Both the position numbers and the translations under genes were made by a program. Below the pieces are notes generated by a model. The model ran no database searches. It saw only the letters and a list, made by a program, of their open reading frames with translations, and was not told the DNA's origin. Shown here piece after piece: positions 25,978 through 35,534 of a stretch of DNA of 37,660 nucleotides (its first letter is position 1; every line of letters starts with the position of its first letter). Origin of the DNA: an uncultured Methanosarcinales archaeon (GTDB taxonomy: Archaea > Nanobdellota > Nanobdellia > Woesearchaeales > GW2011-AR9). The DNA lies in NCBI GenBank assembly GCA_964502785.1, contig CAZCXW010000006.1, forward strand, positions 1-37,660, given 5' to 3'.

Positions 25978-26724
25978 TCAGCGAGCTGTACGTCGTTTCG
26001 GCGGGGGCGGTAAAGGTAATTCTTTTTCTATGGAGAGTAAAGTTTGCTGCTGAGGCTCCTGAAAAATGAAGGTATGATGCACTTCACTAACTTTGGAATC
26101 TTTTGATAAAGGAAGAAGTGAGGAAGAAGAACTAACAGAATGAAATCCTCTAATTTTTTGCTCCAGCCCATTAATTTTGAGCGAAATATTGTTAATTTTT
26201 TCTGGACTGGCGGTCATTTTCTGCAAATTTAAGGACTGTTTTAAGGCATCAAGGCGATAGCGAAGGGCGCGTAATTTTGTTTCAGTATCAGCTATTCTTA
26301 TCGGCTGCTCTTTTTCTTTTACTATTGCTTCTTGTAAAGCAACATCTTTTTTAATGTCTCTCTTCGCCACGCACTCGGCTAATAAATGATGTAATTTATC
26401 CACTTTTTTTTGCAAATCTTTATCTTCAGTGGCAGTTAATTTTTTCTGTAAGAATTTAATTTGTTGTTTTAATGAATTCACTTTTGCCGATTCTTTTCTC
26501 TTTTGTTCAGTCAATGCTTTTTCCACTTCAAATATCCCCTGAAGAGTATTTTCCAGATGAATGATCTCTTTGCGCAAACTTAATTTAGGGATTTTTTTTT
26601 GAGCGGAAAGATACTTAATCTCGTTGATTTTTTTAACAATCTCCTGTCTAGATACAACCATTTTCTGCTGTTTATAGAGATTTGCGGCAGCAGTTAACAA
26701 ATGGAGAGCATTAAAAGAACTCAT
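25978..26724 (-). CDS. coiled-coil protein with Pro-rich basic C-terminus
   Basis: 248 aa, with heptad-rich K/E/L/Q composition, ending in EKELPLPPPPKRRTAR. ATGA overlap with the upstream ORF. Confidence 0.55.
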   Translation of the reverse strand: MSSFNALHLLTAAANLYKQQKMVVSRQEIVKKINEIKYLSAQKKIPKLSLRKEIIHLENTLQGIFEVEKALTEQKRKESAKVNSLKQQIKFLQKKLTATEDKDLQKKVDKLHHLLAECVAKRDIKKDVALQEAIVKEKEQPIRIADTETKLRALRYRLDALKQSLNLQKMTASPEKINNISLKINGLEQKIRGFHSVSSSSSLLPLSKDSKVSEVHHTFIFQEPQQQTLLSIEKELPLPPPPKRRTAR

Positions 26725-27269
26725 TTGAAAATTCCACCATGCTTCTTGCCAGGCGGACTTGGCGGAGGCGGTGGCAAATCAATTCCACTCCTGGGAGAAG
26801 AAAAAGCTGGATTTAGAGAAGGACGGGGCGCGTTACGCTCAATTCCGGGCTGTGGCAAGCCTATTGTATGTCTTATAGGAGTTGTCAGGGATGACTCGGG
26901 AATCGGCGTTGTACGCATCGGCGTTTCCATCCTTGGAATCGCAGTTTGCTTTGCCATGAAATCCTCAAGCTTATCGGAAATGGCAATCATCCCTTTAGCA
27001 ATAGTTTCATTCTGAGAAATGACTGATTGAGTTTTTTCCTGAAGATTTTTCATCGTCTTAGCTATACTGTCGTCACCTTTCACTTCCTCCAATGCTTTTT
27101 GAAAAATAACACTTAATTCATGGATTGAATCTTTGACACTCTCAATTTCTAAAATAAGTTCATTTACTTTTGCATCCGGCTCGGAAAGTTTTTTTTTCAA
27201 TGCTTCTACATCATATTTTAAGTCGGCCAGCAACTGGTGGGGAAGAATTTCATAATTATCATCAGCCAT
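26721..27269 (-). CDS. coiled-coil protein with Pro-rich basic C-terminus
   Basis: I prefer the ATG at 27269 (MADDNYE). A helical N-terminal half is followed by a Pro/Thr-rich tail ending in GIDLPPPPPSPPGKKHGGIFK. Confidence 0.55.
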   Translation of the reverse strand: MADDNYEILPHQLLADLKYDVEALKKKLSEPDAKVNELILEIESVKDSIHELSVIFQKALEEVKGDDSIAKTMKNLQEKTQSVISQNETIAKGMIAISDKLEDFMAKQTAIPRMETPMRTTPIPESSLTTPIRHTIGLPQPGIERNAPRPSLNPAFSSPRSGIDLPPPPPSPPGKKHGGIFK

Positions 27270-27470
27270 GCATATCACCACATTTTTAATAGAGGGTAAA
27301 AATCAAATCAGGTTTATAAATGTTTTCCCGAGGTGTCCGAGCTGGTGCTTATTCTACAAAAAAAACACGCCGCCAGGTTATAATAACAAGTGAGTTCCGT
27401 GTGTGTTAAGGCAAAATTTATAAAGAACCTCATTCCACCGAAAGGAATATATTTTAAAAGGTGGTTGCTA

Positions 27471-27902
27471 ATGACAATTGTGAAAATAAATGTGCATAAA
27501 GTTCATGCGAGCCGAGAGTTAAACGCGAAAAACGGGCAGGTTAAGATTAATAATAATGTTTCTCTTAAAGATTTAGAAGAAATGGACTTTTCTATAGAAG
27601 GAAAAAGAGGACTAAAATTTAATTTTGCATTCGTCTGTAATTATGAACCCGATTTGGGAAAGATTGAAGTTGAAGGTCAAGTCATTTATGTAAATGATGA
27701 ACAAAAAATTAAAGAAATCAAATCCAACTGGGACAAAGAAAAGAAAGTTCCTGCGGATGTCATGGAACAAGTCATTAATGCTGCTTTGCATAAAGGGAAT
27801 ATTCAAGCTATTAAGATTAGTGAAGATGTAAGTCTTCCAAGCCCATTGCCATTGCCCAAAGTCAGGCAGGAAGAACCAGCTCCCATGCAGAAAAAGAAAT
27901 AA
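27471..27902 (+). CDS. hypothetical protein (possibly SecB-like fold) with Pro-rich basic C-terminus
   Basis: I prefer the ATG at 27471, which has a GGTGG SD-like element and an upstream TTTATAAA. The beta-rich core (KINVHKVHASREL..FNFAFVCNYEP..IEVEGQVIYV) is loosely reminiscent of SecB. The tail is LPSPLPLPKVRQEEPAPMQKKK. Confidence 0.45.
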   Translation: MTIVKINVHKVHASRELNAKNGQVKINNNVSLKDLEEMDFSIEGKRGLKFNFAFVCNYEPDLGKIEVEGQVIYVNDEQKIKEIKSNWDKEKKVPADVMEQVINAALHKGNIQAIKISEDVSLPSPLPLPKVRQEEPAPMQKKK

Positions 27903-28026
27903 AGAAGTTTTTTTATATTTTTCACTTTATTGACATTTATTGATAATTACCACAATATTTATATGTCAGAATACCGCTTAATCTCCAACTGGTGGAAGAT
28001 TTCCCGCTTCATTCAAATTCACGAAC

Positions 28027-30324
28027 ATGAATAAACCGCAAATTAAGTTAAAAGTCATGGAAGCTGTACAGGACGACGTTAATAGAGGTATTGTGAAGAT
28101 TGATTCCAGCTACATGAAACAAATCAATGTTAATACAGGAGACGTCATCCTGGTCAAGGGAGAAAGAATGACCGCTGCCCTTGTCGACCGCGCCTATCCG
28201 GGTGATATTGGATTGAATATCATCCGCATGGATGGAAATACGCGTCGTAATGCGAGAACTTCTATTGGTGAAATGGTTACCGTTGAAAAAGCAGAAGTAA
28301 AACCTGCAAAGAAAGTAGTTATTGCTCCGGCGCATCAAGGGGTTTTGATCAAAACTTCCCCTCAATTGTTTAAGCAAGGCCTGTTTAGAAAAGCTCTCGT
28401 AAAAGGTGATATTGTTTCGTTAGGGAAAAGTGGACGGCGCCGCGTGGATTTTCAAGGCCAGGAAATCACTGATATTTTTGCGATGATGGAAGAACAATTT
28501 GCCGGCTTTGGCTTCGGAGATTTAAAGTTCATTGTTGTTGATACCGTTCCAAAAAAAGAAATCGTTGTAGTTACAGCCGAAACGCAGGTAGAATTTAATC
28601 CGCAGGCTATTGATGTCAAAGAAGAAGAAGGAATCAGTTTAGGCATTAACTATGAAGATATTGGTGGTTTAAGCGAAGAAATTAAAAAAGTCCGAGAGAT
28701 GGTGGAATTGCCATTAAAACATCCAGAAATTTTTGAACGCTTAGGTATCGAAGCGCCCAAAGGAGTTTTATTGCATGGCCCCCCTGGAACAGGAAAAACG
28801 CTTTTAGCAAAAGCGGTAGCTTCAGAAACAAATTCTCACTTTATTCTTATCAATGGCCCGGAAATCATCAGCAAATTTTATGGAGAAAGTGAACAAAATC
28901 TCCGTAAGAAATTTGAAGAAGCGGAACAAAATGCCCCTTCCATTATTTTCTTTGATGAAATTGATGCCATTGCTACAAAACGAGAAGAAACACGCGGCGA
29001 TGTTGAAAAAAGAGTTGTAGCTCAATTGTTAGGATTAATGGATGGTCTTAAATCCAGAGGAAAAGTTATCGTTATTGCCGCTACAAATATGCCCCATCTT
29101 CTCGACCCTGCATTACGCAGGCCGGGAAGATTTGACCGTGAAATTGAAATTGGCGTCCCCGACAAGGATGGCCGTTTAGAAATTCTTAAGATTCATACGC
29201 GGAATATGCCTTTAGCTAAAAATGTAAATTTAAAAGATATTGCCAGAGTAACTCATGGTTTTGTTGGTGCTGACCTTAATTCTTTAGCCAAAGAAGCAGC
29301 GATGATTGTTTTACGAAATATTCTTCCTGAACTCAAAGCGCAGGGCATTGAAGAAGGAGAAGCTATTCCTAAGGAAATTCTAGAAAATATCATGATCTCC
29401 CAAAAAGATTTTCTGGAATCCTTAAAAGTTGTTCGTCCTTCAGCAATGCGAGAAGTCCTTGTAGAAACACCTGATGTATCCTGGGATGATATTGGCGGCT
29501 TAGAGGATGTAAAAGATAAGTTACGAGAAGCTGTGGAATGGCCATTAAAGAAACCAGAAGTTTTTAAGCGTATCGGCATCAGACCTCCTCGCGCTATTTT
29601 ATTGTACGGCCCGCCTGGAACAGGAAAAACACTTTTAGCAAAAGCGGTTGCCAAAGAAAGCGAAGCCAATTTTATTCTCGTCAATGGCCCCTCATTACTC
29701 AGCAAATGGGTGGGAGAATCAGAAAAAGCCGTGCGGGAAATCTTCCGTAAAGCGCGGCAAACTGCGCCCACTATTTTGTTTTTTGATGAAATTGATTCAT
29801 TAGTGCCAAAAAGATCAGCGTCCAGCGCTGATTCTCATGTGCAAGAAAGAGTCGTTAATCAAATGCTGACAGAAATGGACGGCTTAGAAAGTCTGAATGA
29901 TGTCGTGATCATCGGCGCTACCAACAGACCTGATATTGTCGATCCCGCTTTCTTACGGCCTGGAAGATTTGATCGCCTTATTCTCACATCCGTGCCGAAT
30001 GAAGAAGGAAGAAAACGAATTTTCCAGATTTATATCTCTAAGATGCCGATTGCAAAAGATGTGGATCTAAGTTATCTTGCCAAGAAAACAGAAGGATACG
30101 TAGGAGCAGACATTGAAGGGGTCTGTCGAGAAGCAGGAATGATCGCCTTGCGTGAAGATATCAAAGCGAAAGAAGTTTCCAAAGAGCACTTTGAAAAAGC
30201 CATGCAAGTTGTTCGCCCTTCCGTTGACAAAGAAATCGAAGAAATGTATAAACAGTTGGATACTTATTTCAGCACGGCAAGAGCGAAGAGCATGAAAGAT
30301 GATAAGGTTGCTTATTTTGGATGA
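28027..30324 (+). CDS. cdc48: CDC48/VCP-type double AAA+ ATPase
   Basis: CDC48 N-domain, two Walker A motifs (GPPGTGKT twice), Walker B ([16 protein letters not shown]), and second regions of homology. Confidence 0.95.
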   Translation: MNKPQIKLKVMEAVQDDVNRGIVKIDSSYMKQINVNTGDVILVKGERMTAALVDRAYPGDIGLNIIRMDGNTRRNARTSIGEMVTVEKAEVKPAKKVVIAPAHQGVLIKTSPQLFKQGLFRKALVKGDIVSLGKSGRRRVDFQGQEITDIFAMMEEQFAGFGFGDLKFIVVDTVPKKEIVVVTAETQVEFNPQAIDVKEEEGISLGINYEDIGGLSEEIKKVREMVELPLKHPEIFERLGIEAPKGVLLHGPPGTGKTLLAKAVASETNSHFILINGPEIISKFYGESEQNLRKKFEEAEQNAPSIIFFDEIDAIATKREETRGDVEKRVVAQLLGLMDGLKSRGKVIVIAATNMPHLLDPALRRPGRFDREIEIGVPDKDGRLEILKIHTRNMPLAKNVNLKDIARVTHGFVGADLNSLAKEAAMIVLRNILPELKAQGIEEGEAIPKEILENIMISQKDFLESLKVVRPSAMREVLVETPDVSWDDIGGLEDVKDKLREAVEWPLKKPEVFKRIGIRPPRAILLYGPPGTGKTLLAKAVAKESEANFILVNGPSLLSKWVGESEKAVREIFRKARQTAPTILFFDEIDSLVPKRSASSADSHVQERVVNQMLTEMDGLESLNDVVIIGATNRPDIVDPAFLRPGRFDRLILTSVPNEEGRKRIFQIYISKMPIAKDVDLSYLAKKTEGYVGADIEGVCREAGMIALREDIKAKEVSKEHFEKAMQVVRPSVDKEIEEMYKQLDTYFSTARAKSMKDDKVAYFG

Positions 30325-30343
30325 AGAGATGTTATTTGGTTTT

Positions 30344-30399
30344 ATGCAAAAAATTTCGCAGGGTTTAAAACCCCGTCCTTTAGGGCGAAATTTTTGCAT
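30344..30399. other. 15-bp-stem hairpin
   Basis: ATGCAAAAAATTTCGC (30344-30359) pairs with GCGAAATTTTTGCAT (30385-30399) with a one-base bulge. The loop contains GGGTTTAAAACCC. Confidence 0.7.
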
Positions 30400-30402
30400 G
30401 CT

Positions 30403-30479
30403 AAAAATGCGTAGTTGAGAAACCGCCTCTTTTGAAACCTCGCCATTTATGGCGAGGTGAGGCGGTTTCACGCATTTTT
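30403..30479. other. 77-nt nested hairpin with 29 perfect base pairs
   Basis: The three paired segments are AAAAATGCGT/ACGCATTTTT, GAAACCGCCTC/GAGGCGGTTTC and ACCTCGCC/GGCGAGGT. It lies between the convergent cdc48 and aminopeptidase genes. It could be a terminator, an sRNA or a MITE. Confidence 0.7.
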
Positions 30480-30588
30480 ATCATTTCTGGATATTGTAAC
30501 ATTTTGATAATAATCATATAATTAAAACCACGTGTGTTTCTGTTTAGGTTCTAAAAAAACACATGGCTTTCTGGTTTCTTTGTGTAAT

Positions 30589-31602
30589 TCAAACGCAATA
30601 TTTCCCATCCTCAAACACTTTTGTCTCACCGATAAATACCCTCCTCACTAAACAAAATATGTCCAAATGGTACTTCTGCAGCACTTTCTTGCTTATCTTC
30701 TTCCGATACATTGCATGCTTCAGACCAAGGGAAAAATGCATCCCGCAGAAACGTTCAAAGGCAGTAGGTTCATTGATCCGATGATTAAATCCAAGAGCAC
30801 GATTCAGGCCAAAACCAATTTCACGAACCTGTACTTTTCCTCCTTCCTCACCACGAATCATATCAATTATTCTTGCAAACTCATCAGGTCCGCTATGATC
30901 AACTAAACACCCATCTTTAATTGTTACAACAAATGGTTGGCAAAAATGTGTTTGATGGTCAATTGTGGGAAAACCAAAAACAACAACAGAACCATTTAAT
31001 CCTTCTAATGATTTCGCTTCCGTAAATAATTCTCCAATGGGAAAACCGCTCGATGCACTTACACTCTGCGAAAAATCTCCCGTATTTTTTATTGGTTTTT
31101 CAAATTCCGATGAAATCGTGAGAAGTTCATCTTTTCCAGATTCAACTCGAACAACAGTATTCATTGCCAATAATTTCTCTACTTGTTCGCAGGTTGAAAC
31201 ATAATAAGGCGTATCATAGCGTAAAGAATTTACATAATTTTCTATTTGTTCAGGAGTATTGTAAGATAAACGCGCATGCTCAATTACCCGATGTCCCATC
31301 CTAAATAAATCGGCGCGTAAGCGATACTTGGTTGAACGAAACGACAGACTCTCTACTAAAATAATAAGAGAATGAGCAGGGAGAGCAGAAAAAGTTTTGA
31401 TCAAATCATCTTCTGTGATAATATCAAAATCAATTGCTTCAAAAGAATATCCTTGCAGAGCAGTACGATATCCTTCTTCCATAAGTTTCGACAGTGGACT
31501 TTCCCGATCATAAACTAATAATGCAAATTGTCCTGCCTTAAATTGGTAATTTTTCTCAATAATATATTTAAGGTGTTGCTGCAAGGTGCTTTGTAAATCC
31601 AT
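30589..31602 (-). CDS. M29 (AmpS/aminopeptidase T-like) aminopeptidase
   Basis: GFPIGELFTEA..LNGSVV, REIGFGLNRAL, ERFCGMHFSLG and HLDIF...IGETKVFEDGKY follow the M29 pattern as I recall it. Confidence 0.6.
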   Translation of the reverse strand: MDLQSTLQQHLKYIIEKNYQFKAGQFALLVYDRESPLSKLMEEGYRTALQGYSFEAIDFDIITEDDLIKTFSALPAHSLIILVESLSFRSTKYRLRADLFRMGHRVIEHARLSYNTPEQIENYVNSLRYDTPYYVSTCEQVEKLLAMNTVVRVESGKDELLTISSEFEKPIKNTGDFSQSVSASSGFPIGELFTEAKSLEGLNGSVVVFGFPTIDHQTHFCQPFVVTIKDGCLVDHSGPDEFARIIDMIRGEEGGKVQVREIGFGLNRALGFNHRINEPTAFERFCGMHFSLGLKHAMYRKKISKKVLQKYHLDIFCLVRRVFIGETKVFEDGKYCV

Positions 31603-31653
31603 GGAAGAAAAAAGAAGCGATTATTTATAAATGTATAAAATAAAAAAATCACT

Positions 31654-34314
31654 TTAGGAGTTCGCATTCTCTTCTTTCTTCTGCCAATTTTGAACGATCC
31701 GATACAGCTTATGCATCAACAATAAAATCAGCGATACAAGAATTATAACTCCCCAATCAGCTAATTCCAAAGGTATGGTCTTAAATATAACATTCAGAGG
31801 AGTGTAAATAGCTGCTAATTGTAATAACAACGAACCAATCACAGCTAAAACTAACCATTTATTGCTAAAAATCCCAATTTTATAATTGGAACGAATCATA
31901 TACAATCGCACTACTTCAAAAACGACAAGAGAAGTAAAGACCATAGTCTGTGCTTTCTCCAGCGGTGATTTTTGGTAGAGCCAGAACAGCACTATCGTCC
32001 CCAAGCCGATGAGGATCCCAAAAATAATAACATCTCTCCGCAGTTCTTGGGAAAGAATATTTTCTTTAGCGGGACGCGGCTTGCGTTTCATGATATCCTT
32101 TGCTGCAGGGTCTAACCCTAATGCAGTTGCCGGCAGGCCATCAGTGATGAGATTAATCCATAACAATTGAATAGCCGTTAATGGCAAAGGCATCTGCAGT
32201 AAAGATGCAAATAAAATTGTAGCCACTTCTCCTAAATTGCTTGATAGAAGGTAATTCACAAATTTACGAATATTATCAAAGATTCCCCTTCCTTCTTCCA
32301 CTGCATTAACAATAGAAGCAAAATTATCGTCAGTGAGAATCATATCAGCAGCTTCTTTCGCGACATCCGTCCCTGTGATTCCCATCGAAATTCCGATATC
32401 AGCTTTCTTTAACGCCGGGGCGTCATTCACACCATCACCAGTCATCGCCACAACATGATTTTGACTCTTAAGCACTTTCACAATTTCTAATTTATGCTCC
32501 GGATTCACACGAGCAAAGACGCCAATGTCGTGAATTTCTTGTTCTAAATTAATATGCTCCATCTCATCTCCAGTAATCGCATTGCCTTTAATTCCCAATT
32601 GCATGGCAATAGCTCTAGCCGTGGCAATTTGATCTCCGGTAATCATGATGACACGGATTCCCGCTTCATGGCATTTCTGGATTGCTTCCTTCGCTTCTCC
32701 CCGGGGAGGATCAATCATCGCTTGCAAACCCGTGAAGATCATATTTTTCTCTGCATCTTCTGGTTTCTTAAATCCTTCATTATATGCCATTGCTAAAACG
32801 CGTAAAGCTTGATTTGCAAAAGTTTCATTTTGAGTTGCAACTTCTTTCAGCATTTCCCGCGTTAGACGAACAACTTTTCCATTCAAAAGAATCCTATCGC
32901 ATTTTTTAAAGATAACATCCGGCGCTCCTTTCGTGAGAGAGACTAATCCTTTCTTTCCTTTATGAATAGTCGTCATCATTTTCCTTTCAGAAGAGAAAAC
33001 AATTTCATTCACGCGAGGCTCTTCTCTGAGTAGATCCGCTTGCGACATCCCTGCTTTTTCGGCTGAAATGAGAAGTGCTGCTTCAGTTGGATCGCCAATA
33101 ACTTCCATGCTGTCATCCTTGCCGCGGAGCCTGGCGTCGTTGCACAAGAAACCTATTTTTAAGAGCTGATGAAACGAATGAATGTCAGCAGGTTTTTGAT
33201 CATTCAAAAATGTTCCATCAGGAGAATATCCAGAACCGGTAACATCATAAACTGTATTATTTGCCCACAATTTGATGACCGTCATTTGATTATGCGTTAA
33301 TGTGCCTGTTTTATCCGTGCAAATAACGCTCACACTGCCAAGAGTTTCTACGGAGGGCAAGCGGCGGATAAGAGCATGCCTTTTAATCATCGTCTGCACG
33401 CCGAGAGCCAAAGAAATCGTAATCACTGCCGGCAAACCTTCAGGTATAGCTGCTACCGCGAGAGCAAGGGAAGTCAAAATCATGAGAGTGACATCTTGTC
33501 CGCCAAAAATCCCCGCTAAGAATACAATAACTGCAATAACAACCACACCCAGCGTCAGCAGTTTTCCTAAATCCGCGAGTTTTTTTTGCAGTGGGGTATT
33601 TTTTTCATGCGCTTCTTGAATTAAGTGAGCGATTTTTCCTACCTGAGTTTTCATCCCCGTATTGACAACCACCGCTTTTCCTCGGCCGCTGGCAACAATG
33701 GTTGAAGAATAAACCATATTTTCCCGATCCGCTAAAGGTGTATTTTCAGGAAAAAGAAGAGGCTTTTTGGTTACCGGCTGAGATTCGCCAGTAAGAGGCC
33801 CTTCTTGTGTATGAAGGCTATGGATCTCTAAAAGACGTGCATCAGCAGGCACTTTGTCACCCGTTTCCAGAATAATTATATCTCCTGGAACGACAAATTT
33901 ATTGTCAATTTTCAATTCCTTTCCTTCGCGGATAACGGTGGCTTTTAATGAAGTTAATTTCTGCAACGCTTCGATTGAACGTTCAGCGCGATATTCTTGA
34001 ATAAAACCTAATACTGCATTAAGAACAATGATAACAGCAATGACCGTGCCATCCACTTTCTCGCCTAAAAAGAATGAGAAAACCAATGCAATAAGAAGTA
34101 TCCATACCAGAGGAGAGGCAAACTGCTCCAGAAAAATCTTAAGAGGACTGATGGGAATTTCCCCTTGCAGCTCATTAAACCCAAATTCATGCAGACGTTG
34201 TTCCACTTCCTGAGGAGATAACCCTTTTTCACGGGAATGAAGAATACTTAAAACATCTTTCTCTGAAAGAGCATGATATATTGGTTCTTTCTGCAACTGA
34301 GGAAGTCCAGACAC
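31654..34314 (-). CDS. P-type (type IIA, SERCA/PacL-like) Ca2+-transporting ATPase
   Basis: TGES (LTGESQP), the phosphorylation site ICTDKTGTLT, MITGD and TGDGVNDAPAL. About 10 TM segments. Confidence 0.9.
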   Translation of the reverse strand: MSGLPQLQKEPIYHALSEKDVLSILHSREKGLSPQEVEQRLHEFGFNELQGEIPISPLKIFLEQFASPLVWILLIALVFSFFLGEKVDGTVIAVIIVLNAVLGFIQEYRAERSIEALQKLTSLKATVIREGKELKIDNKFVVPGDIIILETGDKVPADARLLEIHSLHTQEGPLTGESQPVTKKPLLFPENTPLADRENMVYSSTIVASGRGKAVVVNTGMKTQVGKIAHLIQEAHEKNTPLQKKLADLGKLLTLGVVVIAVIVFLAGIFGGQDVTLMILTSLALAVAAIPEGLPAVITISLALGVQTMIKRHALIRRLPSVETLGSVSVICTDKTGTLTHNQMTVIKLWANNTVYDVTGSGYSPDGTFLNDQKPADIHSFHQLLKIGFLCNDARLRGKDDSMEVIGDPTEAALLISAEKAGMSQADLLREEPRVNEIVFSSERKMMTTIHKGKKGLVSLTKGAPDVIFKKCDRILLNGKVVRLTREMLKEVATQNETFANQALRVLAMAYNEGFKKPEDAEKNMIFTGLQAMIDPPRGEAKEAIQKCHEAGIRVIMITGDQIATARAIAMQLGIKGNAITGDEMEHINLEQEIHDIGVFARVNPEHKLEIVKVLKSQNHVVAMTGDGVNDAPALKKADIGISMGITGTDVAKEAADMILTDDNFASIVNAVEEGRGIFDNIRKFVNYLLSSNLGEVATILFASLLQMPLPLTAIQLLWINLITDGLPATALGLDPAAKDIMKRKPRPAKENILSQELRRDVIIFGILIGLGTIVLFWLYQKSPLEKAQTMVFTSLVVFEVVRLYMIRSNYKIGIFSNKWLVLAVIGSLLLQLAAIYTPLNVIFKTIPLELADWGVIILVSLILLLMHKLYRIVQNWQKKEENANS

Positions 34315-34370
34315 AATACCACCTATTTTTTTAGATAAGTAAAATTATTAGTTATATAAAATGTTCTGTT

Positions 34371-34562
34371 ATGATTATTAATGTCATCATTCTTTTAAAG
34401 AACGAAGATTTTCAGAGTTTAATGAGAGTTTTAGAAAGTGTAATGCCGATAATCGAAGTGGATCGGATAGAAAAAGAGAAGGCAATTCAAGAAACTAAAG
34501 ATTTGCTTCGTTTGATAGACAAAGCGCACGGCATAAAAACACAGAAAGGCAAATGGGAATAA
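34371..34562 (+). CDS. 63-aa hypothetical protein
   Basis: ATG-initiated ORF 6 nt upstream of the nuclease-like ORF. No motifs. Confidence 0.3.
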   Translation: MIINVIILLKNEDFQSLMRVLESVMPIIEVDRIEKEKAIQETKDLLRLIDKAHGIKTQKGKWE

Positions 34563-34568
34563 ATTAAA

Positions 34569-35027
34569 ATGCATCAAAACTTCCATATTTATCATGAAGC
34601 TGAAAAAATCGCGTGTGAGATACTTAACTCTCCAAATTTACCAATACCTTCTCCCAGTTGGAAGAAAGATTTTAAGCGAGTGGATCATAGTGATTATGAT
34701 TTAGTAAATAGTCAATGTAAGCGTATTGAAGTTAAATCAACCTTACAGTGGAAGCAGTTCTCAGCGAACGCAACAAGGTTTAATTCAGAGTGGCAACGGA
34801 TCCAAGTCATAATGAAACAATTGTTAGATAGTGATGGTAAAGTACTGATGTTTAAATTTGTTATAAAACAGAAAGAGAAATGGTATAATGCCACCCAGTT
34901 AGTACTAGGAGAAGGTCCTTTGTATGAAAATTCTTCAGAGATGAGAATACCTTATATTGCTGTGCGAAGAGATGCACAAAATAATTTTACTTTTGATATG
35001 AACCATTGGTGGCTTTTTAGAACCTAA
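34569..35027 (+). CDS. PD-(D/E)xK nuclease-fold protein (Hjc/restriction-endonuclease-like)
   Basis: An N-terminal helix with Glu (HEAEKIACEIL), then DYDLVNSQCKRIEVKS, which fits D-x(11)-E-x-K. At 152 aa its length and layout resemble archaeal Hjc-type resolvases. Confidence 0.4.
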   Translation: MHQNFHIYHEAEKIACEILNSPNLPIPSPSWKKDFKRVDHSDYDLVNSQCKRIEVKSTLQWKQFSANATRFNSEWQRIQVIMKQLLDSDGKVLMFKFVIKQKEKWYNATQLVLGEGPLYENSSEMRIPYIAVRRDAQNNFTFDMNHWWLFRT

Positions 35028-35046
35028 ACAGAAACATTAAGATTCT

Positions 35047-35484
35047 TTGAATTATATTTCAAATTCTCATCTATCACATTTCCCTTCTTTTCGAGACGAA
35101 TGGAAGTATGGAGAACAAAAAATAGAATTTAACAAGCGGGCCCAATTGCTTGCTGCGAATTTAAGTTATAAAGTTGGTCATTTGAGTAACGTAGATCAGT
35201 TAACTGCCTGTGCAGATTATAAATTACCACAGGTATTACGACGGCATGGAATTTTACAATACGATGAGGAACTACAAAGAAAAATTAGACATCTCAAAGA
35301 AATTCCTGCTGGAAGTGGCGAGGAAATAGAAATTCGCGCTCACACCATCTACGCTGTCGAATTAATTAAAGAGGAAATAAAATGTTTAACCTCTTCACAA
35401 ATAAATGATTTATTGTGGCTTGAAGGACAAATTAAAATGCGCACAGATGAGCCTTATCATCGGACAAGAACGATAGCATACTAA
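35047..35484 (+). pseudogene. queuosine-salvage QNG1 (DUF2419) family, C-terminal about 45 percent only
   Basis: FPSFRDE..FNKRAQLLAANL..ADYKLPQVLRRHGILQYDEEL..EIEIRAHTIYAVELI..HRTRTIAY parallels the C-terminal half of human QNG1/C9orf64 as I recall it. It has a TTG start and an in-frame TAA 2 codons upstream. Confidence 0.55.
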
Positions 35485-35534
35485 TTTCTCACTTTCACCT
35501 AAATCTTTATTAGCCACTATCTTCTTTCTAGGAT

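Noticed and set aside
29253-29771. 172-aa minus-strand ORF
   Set aside because: It lies entirely antisense within the well-supported cdc48 gene. The same reasoning applies to 28048..28377, 28452..28646 and 28822..29025.
30067-30471. 134-aa minus-strand ORF, and 30563..30784 on the plus strand
   Set aside because: The first runs through the cdc48 3' end and the long hairpins. The second is antisense to the aminopeptidase. Neither has motifs.
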